Shown piece by piece: positions 56,509 through 64,000 of a stretch of 64,000 nucleotides of DNA (positions within the stretch are counted from its first letter, which is position 1; each line of letters opens with the position of its first letter). Under the pieces are notes generated by a model, which worked only from the letters and a program-made list of their open reading frames with translations, was not told where the DNA came from and searched no databases. Origin of the DNA: Mayamaea pseudoterrestris (Eukaryota); NCBI GenBank assembly GCA_027923505.1, contig BROI01000022.1, positions 186,001 to 250,000 on the forward strand, read 5' to 3'. Both the position numbers and the translations under genes were made by a program.

Positions 56509-56966
56509 ACTGATTGCCTTCCAATGCAAGAGGAGCGAAACGATAAATTTAGACGCACGAATGATGGTGATGAATGGCCGCTCTCTTGCAAGAGGGAAAC
56601 GGATCGATGGAACATCAATGAGGTGTGTCGCAACGCGAATGTCACGCTTTCCGGGTCCTACCCTGGCAACGACCCAGCAACGTCAAATGGAATGCTTAAC
56701 AAGGCGGGATTTCGATAGTGAATCGAGCAAAGGATTGATATAGACTACATCGGTAGGCATGGTTTTGAATAACCATACCGAAGAGGGTCAAAAGATACAG
56801 TATTGAGGGAAGGAAAAGTCTCGTTGCTCACTTAATCGTACATTCCAAACATTGGTGTAGGATTTGTTCTATGATTATCATATCATTCTATTTTCCTTTT
56901 ATTTCGGGTAGACTGAGTTTCAGTAACCCGGTGTATGCTTTGGCAAAGTTTAAAACAAGTAATGGT

Positions 56967-57827
56967 TTACTCGTCTTCCTCCTCGTTCGACGACGCAGCC
57001 GGACCGGCCTCGGACTCTTCATCATCTTGATCAGAGTCGGACTGGGCAGCACCGTCTTGCTCTTGCATGTCGTCAGCTTGAAACTCGTCGTCGATTGTAG
57101 GTTCTTCGCCTGAAGTGGTAGGCTCGGACGCAGACTCATCGTCGACCGGAACTGGAGCAGCGTCGTCCTCGCCATTTTGTGACTTGGAGTCTTGGATTTC
57201 GTCCGTTATTTCTTCCTCTGTCGCTGTATTCTCCAACTCCGGCTCGTTTGCGACGACTGGTTCCGGTTCCGCTGCCGTAGTTTCCGCCTCGACTGCTTGC
57301 TCCTCGTTGGTTGAAGAAACGTCATCGTCCGTCGCAACATCAGCTCCTGCCGCAACATTGGTCTCGTCCAACTCTGTATGGCCATTCTCAACAACGGCAG
57401 GCTCCTCTGGCTCATCTATAGCAACTTCTGCCACTGGTTCACTTTCAGGTTCGGGCTCTTTCTCGTTATCCACGACTCCTTGAGCTTGTTCGTCGCGAGG
57501 AGGTGAGTCGACCGTCGGAGCTGATTCTTCCGTTGGTTTCGTCTCGTCGACTGATGCTCCTTCTTCCTCCTTGCTTGGTGATTCATCGTCTTCCACAACA
57601 GCTGGAGCAGCTGGAGATGGAGTCGACGATACAGATTCCTTGATTTCGAATTTTGGAGGAGGAGACGAGACTGCATCAGCTTGCTGCGCCGTCGGTTGAT
57701 ACGGAGAAACCTTGAATTTGCTTGGCGTCGGCGGTTTCTTGGCAGCGTCTTCCGCCTCCTGCTGCTCGCGACTTTGCTTTGACGCTTGCTCAAAGAGAGC
57801 AATGCGATCCTTGATGCTTCCTACCAT
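56967..57827 (-). CDS. Second copy or allele of the acidic SIKDRIALFE protein
   Basis: Collinear with 39058-39924; shorter polyproline tract. Confidence 0.75.
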   Translation of the reverse strand: MVGSIKDRIALFEQASKQSREQQEAEDAAKKPPTPSKFKVSPYQPTAQQADAVSSPPPKFEIKESVSSTPSPAAPAVVEDDESPSKEEEGASVDETKPTEESAPTVDSPPRDEQAQGVVDNEKEPEPESEPVAEVAIDEPEEPAVVENGHTELDETNVAAGADVATDDDVSSTNEEQAVEAETTAAEPEPVVANEPELENTATEEEITDEIQDSKSQNGEDDAAPVPVDDESASEPTTSGEEPTIDDEFQADDMQEQDGAAQSDSDQDDEESEAGPAASSNEEEDE

Positions 57828-58130
57828 GGTACGATTGTGATGCCTATTATTTGATGATGGCCGATGACGATGATGATCCTGTGGCCGACGAAAAAGCAAT
57901 GAGAGGTCCAAGAACGTCTTGGGATCTTGATTGCACCATGACCGGAAATGACCATGTCGCGCTGCGACACACAACATCGTTTTACTACCCTTCGATCTTC
58001 TTTATCCTCGACCAGCGGGGCAGGATCCAGCATACCATAAAAACAGCTCCCGTTCCCTCGCCGCGTTGAGTTCACCACGGCTTTTGCCAACGCCTCGACG
58101 ATGCCCCAGCAACATGCAACAGCTTGATGT

Positions 58131-60366
58131 TTACTTGACAAAAGTACACTCAAGCGCAGCCTCATAAAGGGGGTTTCTCGTCCATAGGCCATCGACAATG
58201 ATCCACGCTGGATTTCGCAGATTGATCGACTTATTGCGAGGACTTGCGCATTCCTTCTTAAAACTCGATGATGCCGACTTTAGTAACATTTGCTTGCGGA
58301 GCTGCACTATGTTTGGAATTGTCATGTGGCTCTTGTTTCGCTTGGTGTAGTATAGCGATCTATTCTCTTCGAACCAGGTTTCAAAAGTATACCCGTTTTC
58401 TTTCAGCCCGGACAGAAATGTTTTGAGGACGGAACGGAATGCAAGCCGACACAGTAGACCGCGAAAGCGAGCATTCAAGAATGTAGCTGCACCTTGCTGA
58501 ATCTCGGCAAGTCTTCGCTCCAATGATTCAAAAGCGCGATGCTTGAGCAACACCTTTGACTTGCCAAAGGTTATGAATGTACCTGTTTGCTCTTCGTTCG
58601 CCTGTACTCCACGGCTTTCCTTCTCATCAGCGTGCTCCTTTGGTCTGTTAGCATCGTCGAGCTCCACCAGCTTGAGAAGCTTTTCGACTATTTCCTTGCA
58701 CAAATCACGCATAGCATTCGCCGACACTCGGCTTGACGGAGCGCGTTGATTGACGATCACTCCATACCGCTTGATAAAGTCGGCGTGTGAGTAGTGCAAT
58801 GTGAATCCGGAGCGGGTCACGCTGACGGCCTGAATAATTCCGCCGCAACGAAGCTGGTGCGCCGCCATTGGAACGTCAAATCGGTCCGGGACAAGCTGCT
58901 CGTTTGGCTTGATGCAGCGTACGTAATGGGGTGAAGTTGAGTCGATCTTTGATCGGAGGTCCTTCACCTGCTGCCGGAAGAAACCGCCCACCGTTACTCG
59001 AGCTGGTGCTTTCATTTGAGCTGCTGGTAATGTTTCTTCACCTTGACGCGGTAATATAATTTCGGCAAGCTGATGAACAAAAGGATCTCTGCTGCCTAGT
59101 AGTAATTCTGATGTTTCAGGTGGCAAGTCGTCCCTATTCTTCTCCACAAAGTCTGTAACATCATACTCCACCAAGCCAGCAAAATGGATGATGCCGAATT
59201 GTGTGTCATGTTTGCTGCTACGAAATCGCTCATTGCTGCCGTCGTGCGCTTTGTGTACTTTCTGTCCGAACGCTACATCGGAGGCATTCGGAGCTCGGCA
59301 CATGTCATCCAGTAGTACCATGATACCTTCTGGCTTACGCTCTATCAAGTCAAGTACATCTTGGTTCTCTGGAAACTTGATAAAGTCCCAGTCTATACCT
59401 TCATTCACGTATTCAGTCTGTTCATTCTTGAGCATGAACGTGTTGAATTGCTGTTGAAGAGCTTCGTTGCAAAAATTGATGCATAATTGCTCAAAGCTGT
59501 TCACTTTGAACGACTCGAATCCGAATATGTCCAAGACACCAATGCTTGCGACTGGTATGCATGACTCCTCGGTTCGTTCGGTGACTCTGAACGAAATGGT
59601 TTGGTTGACACGGCTCACTAAAAACTCGAAGAGCGCACCGTACACTGACTTTAAAAGTGCATCTAGTCCCTTCCGTGCTCGCTCCACGGTTTGTGTCTTG
59701 CGTATCGTCTTTCCGAGCGCATTAATGGACACGTAGCAGAGTGCCTCGTTAAAAGCTTGCGGCGTGATGCCCAATAATGAGCACGCTGGTCCAATGTGCG
59801 CGCTTTCCAAATCCAGAGCAGACTCTTCACCGTTTCCGGTGTCTTCAAATTCAAGGTTGGCCGCGTGCAGAATGGCTGCCGTCATGCGCAGCACATTGTC
59901 ACGTTCCTCGTCGGTAAATCCCATTATAGTCATGGCCTCAAGCAAACCGCGAAACGTGTCCTTATCCGAAACACCATCGCGTGATCGAGTGATGGCTCCG
60001 TTGCAAAGCAATTTGAAATCGGATGGACTGGCGCTCGCTGACAACATCAGCTTATCTTCCAAGTAATTGATCATCGGCAGCTCTCCCGAAAGGACTTCGT
60101 AGAATATGTGGTAGTTGCGCTCGCCTTGCGACTGTGCGACCAGCCGCACCTTTTCCAACAAATATGTTTCAATTTTTGTCCCCACTAAGCGGCCCGTTTT
60201 GGTAAACTGCATGTCTATAAACTTGCCGAATCGGCTGGAATTGTCGTTACGAATAGTGCGGGCATTACCAAATGATTCCAGTATTGGATTGCTTTGCAAC
60301 ACTTGGGCCTCGATCGAGGATCCCTTGATGGTGCTCCTGTCCGTCTTTTGCTTTTTGACAATCGCA

Positions 60367-60406
<40 letters not shown>

Positions 60407-61523
60407 GTAATCGTGCAGCAGTTGAAGTAGCAGTAGCAGCTTGTCCTGTTGCTGCTTCCTGCTGCTTTTTTACATTTTGGTATGCACGTGGAGTGGATTG
60501 TCTGGAACCAGCCATGGCGGATCGCTGGCTAAGCGCTGCCAAGTATTTCATCAAATGTTTGGTCGTGACTGTCTTGCCAGCGCCCGACTCGCCCGAGACT
60601 AGTATGGATTGATCGAATCGTTTACCATAATGTTTCATTGTTGCTGTTCCATTTGCGATTTTTGTTGTCCCAATATTCATGTAAATGTTTCGCATCATGC
60701 TTCGAAAGGCGCCGTCGGCAATCGCATATGTATGTGGCGGCAGCGACTCGACCAAGGCTTGCTCCGCTTTGGTCCAGTATAATGCCATGACATCGTCGCC
60801 ATACAGCTCTGGCAACTGTTGAAATGGATTGCATGCAATGAGTACTGGACCAGTGGCAGTGTAAATGAGTCCCTTGTGGTATCTATGTTGAAGGCATTCC
60901 ACAACGGTTGGTTCATGAAAGTGCTGCAAAACAACCAAGTCATCTGGATAATGAGACGACTGGTTTCCAATGAGAATGTCGGTTCCAATCTTATCGGATG
61001 GTATTGTAAGGGTCATGTCGTTGTTATTGTCGTTGCCAGTGCTGTAGCTGCTGGATGCGCTTGCATCAAGCGAGACTCGAACGGAAAGTTGATTGTCATC
61101 TCGCCTTGTCATCCAGCCTTGTGTCCATTCGTACTCTTGAGTTTTGTTGTAGGATTGACATGTTATTCTTTGAATTTTTGCTTGTTCTTTGTCATTATTG
61201 CTGTTTCTTCTGAGTCTGATAATGTCGTCGTCACTCTTGTTGCGCTTAGGAGGCGCTCGATAGGATCTGACGCCTGGAAGGTCCTCGCTGCTGTGATTCC
61301 GATGCAGCCCATTCGTTTTCGCTTGTTCTTCTTCCTCGACTGCTCCTCCTTCATCGTTTCCTTGCGGCTGCTGCTCTGTCGCTCGTGCTCGTCGAAGGCC
61401 GCCTCTGGAAAATGCTTTCTTTGGTCGATTCTCATTGACAAGTTCCGTCCGGATCCAGACTCGTATTTCCTTCTTGTTGTCGTCGTCGTCGCTGCTGCTC
61501 CCGGGAGATTTATTAAATGACAT
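58131..61523 (-). CDS. Second copy or allele of the myosin
   Basis: All motor motifs intact; ATG at 61523 (MSFNKSPG). Confidence 0.93.
60367..60405 (+). repeat. (GTC)13 coding microsatellite encoding poly-Thr
   Basis: Direct read; only about 3 units at the equivalent site near 42942. Confidence 0.95.
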
Positions 61524-61644
61524 GCTATCAGCTATAGCTAGTATAGATGGATCCAATTAATCCCGCTGGAAATGAAGAACAAAAGGTTGTTGGATCGGCT
61601 GTTTTCGTCGACATCCGGTCATTCGAAACCGCTACGACTATTAT

Positions 61645-64000
61645 TGCGGGGGGAACCCCCGCTCTTACGCTAACCCCTGAGAGGGTGGTCACGGGAATGG
61701 ATTGGCTGAGTCGTGCCGCATCCCATGCGAAAATTTTTTTGGGAGGGACCGGAACGGTCCCCCGGGGGACCGCAGGTCCCTCGAAGCGCGCGAGCGGGCG
61801 CCCGCTGACTCGGCAGAGGGTGCGACGTGCGTGCATGAACAGCCATCACTACAAAATCGTGCCATTGTGCCGAAATCAACCAGCAAGCAGCAACAGCATC
61901 GAACGTTCGACAACAAACACAACAAGCAAAAACGGAATTGAGAGAGGCGACAACAACCAACGCACCTCCATGGCAACACATAGTGTGACGCACCTCTAGC
62001 GCAGCAATCAACATGAATGGCGCGCCGCCTAGCGCCTAGGCATCGACGCATCGACGCCAGGCAGTCAGGCAGTCGTCGAACGTCGAACAGACATGCAGTC
62101 GAAAAATCAACCACCAGCAGCGTCAAACGTTCGTCAACGCCAACATGCAAAAAAGGAAAGCTCCTCCACGCAGCAGCCCCAACTGTTGTTGCTGCTATTG
62201 TCACTTGTCCTTTGATTCCTTCAAACGCCACCTCAAGTGCTGCTACTGACAAGGAAAGAAGATTGATGTCAACGGAGCAGACACGGCTGCCGCAGCGCCG
62301 CAGCAGCCGTTCCAGGTTCCTGTCGCCAGAGCCATTCTCCATACGGCATACGGTCACCTTCCTAGCCCGTTACATTCTGGCAAGTAATGATCCTCTGAAT
62401 GGTGAATACAATGGTTAAAACAGCTCACTCAAACTGCTGATCTCCTTTAAACAGCAGCTGATTGCTTTAGAGAATTTGTTGGCACACCCTTGGAGACCAC
62501 TCCCATTCTTGTCGCTGCTTTGGTCAAGGCTGACAGCATCTGCGCCCTTGCATTCAAGCCATTGTTGGGGCCCAGCGGTACTGTATCTTGCCATTGCAGG
62601 CTGTACCAACCGCTGGGATAATCTAGTCATCAGTTCTGGTTTGGAGGTTTCAAGGCGTGGCAGGTTGTCGAATTGACGGTGGCAGATTTATGACCTTTGT
62701 CAATTGAACCGCTTCACCTACAATGGTCGAAAAGAGTGCGAGTGTGTGCCGCTAGAATTGAGCACGCTACCCCTTGCGCGCATTGGCCGAAACAAAATGG
62801 CAAGCTGATAGCAAGGATCCTTTCAAGTCGTTGAAGAATTCTATTGGGATTATAATATATTCCCAGTTTAGCAACCTGCAGGAATTCTAGTGGGCCTTTC
62901 AATGCCTTTATGTTTAGTAAGACTAATAGTTAACACGGTATTTACGCACAAAGTGCTCGCCGACTGATATTCTTTCGTGGGGCCCGCATCGTTCGTTTTC
63001 GCTTCGGCCAATACCGCAGAGACGGAATCGGTGTCGTACCGGTGTGGTCCCTCGTCGGTCCCTCGCATGTTGTCTTCTATTCTAGAAAAGTGTGCGCGGT
63101 TCCTTGGTTTCCGGGTTCTTTGATCGATTTTCATCGCATCGCCATCTTTGCGCTGTATTTGCGGGACCAAGGGAGCATTCCATTGCAACCAGCATTATGT
63201 CATGATGACTACAAGGAAGCAGGGAGTATGATTCCGTTGGAAATATTGCAGCGGGACCAAAATTGAGTGTGTGAGTCGCCTTTGTTTGAACGAGGTGCAA
63301 ACTGGTGACATCTTCAATCGTCGACGCGACGACCTTAACATGCATGCTTTTGGCTGAAACAGGCGCAATATACCATTTAATATATACTTGATACAATGGA
63401 CGAGTTAATAGTCTGGTATTACAGCTGTGGCCAAGGTTGTTGTAGTGTTTCTATCGAGATGATTTGAGTGAGTTTGCAAGAATCGTCCCAGCATGACCAA
63501 AACTAAAAGTTATGTTGCAATTTCGCATCTTTGCATTCTTCAATGATATACGTAGACGATGGTATGCTCAGATTCTCTGTATCATGATTCTGGACCGAGT
63601 TTGATCCCACAGAAGTACGAACTTGCGCAATCACGGATTTTGAGAACCGATGCGACGTTATTCGATTCATGCGATGGCAAGTATCACGCGCGCGAATCCA
63701 GCTTGTAAAGCTAGCTACCCTAGCCATGCCTACCGGTAGTCAACAGTATGAACGATACAGTTGTAATTAATGACAGCGGAGGAATGAGTGTGGATGGAAT
63801 CATTAGAAATGCTGCAGCCTTGGTGCCTTCAATGTCCGGCAATGGGATCCTTACCAGTTGTCTACAATAGCAAGCTGCTGACTGAGCAAACTGGTGTCGC
63901 TGTCTCGGGCTAGCCTGGTATCCTCAAAGTAAAGTACATTGGTGATTAATGGAACATTTGAGCTTGCTATTGAATCTCTTGTTCTTGTTCGTCAATTATG
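61645..64000. mobile_element. Candidate mobile element or other insertion with a hairpin-rich terminus; runs off the window
   Basis: Starts exactly where homology with copy 1 stops; GC-rich hairpins at 61646-61806; no long ORF or transposase motif seen afterwards. Confidence 0.4.

Larger units (their letters stand above)
51756..61644 (+). repeat. About 9.9-kb segment, copy 2 of the direct duplication or haplotype pair
   Basis: Begins ctctcgtca (equivalent to 33847) and ends gctacgactattat (equivalent to 44184). Confidence 0.95.

Noticed and set aside
61670..61677. Telomere-like ctaaccc
   Set aside because: A single unit only, not an array.
61547..62418. ORFs of 114-222 aa in the post-breakpoint block as a transposase
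   Set aside because: No DDE, HUH, reverse transcriptase, tyrosine recombinase or RuvC motifs; overlapping frames are explained by high GC.

Overview
This is eukaryotic, gene-dense DNA with short GT-AG introns. The gene content (secretory double-SET proteins, diatom-type myosin, GT92-like and longin-like proteins) points to a diatom, probably pennate, but the species cannot be named from sequence alone. Recognisable genes: SulP/SLC26 anion transporter, two GT92-like glycosyltransferases, XRN2, a DUF1769 protein, RBBP5/Swd1, a steroid 5-alpha-reductase family enzyme, a 2OG-Fe(II) oxygenase, a head-to-head pair of signal-peptide SET-domain proteins, a transglutaminase-like protein, a short-tailed myosin, a longin-like protein, an inositol 5-phosphatase and an MSP1/ATAD1-like AAA ATPase. 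About 10 kb (33847-44184) is repeated in direct orientation at 51756-61644; the copy starts indel-noisy, then is identical, then diverges, which looks like a second haplotype joined in the assembly. Most interesting: (1) a secretory SET-SET protein fused to a 2OG-Fe(II)-like domain and ending in EEL, a candidate dual lysine methylase/hydroxylase for silica cell-wall proteins; (2) two dispersed minisatellite families (42 bp and 51-52 bp periods) found only just upstream of gene starts; (3) a GC-rich cluster of GNA-loop hairpins exactly at the distal duplication breakpoint. All calls are by eye; no searches were run.
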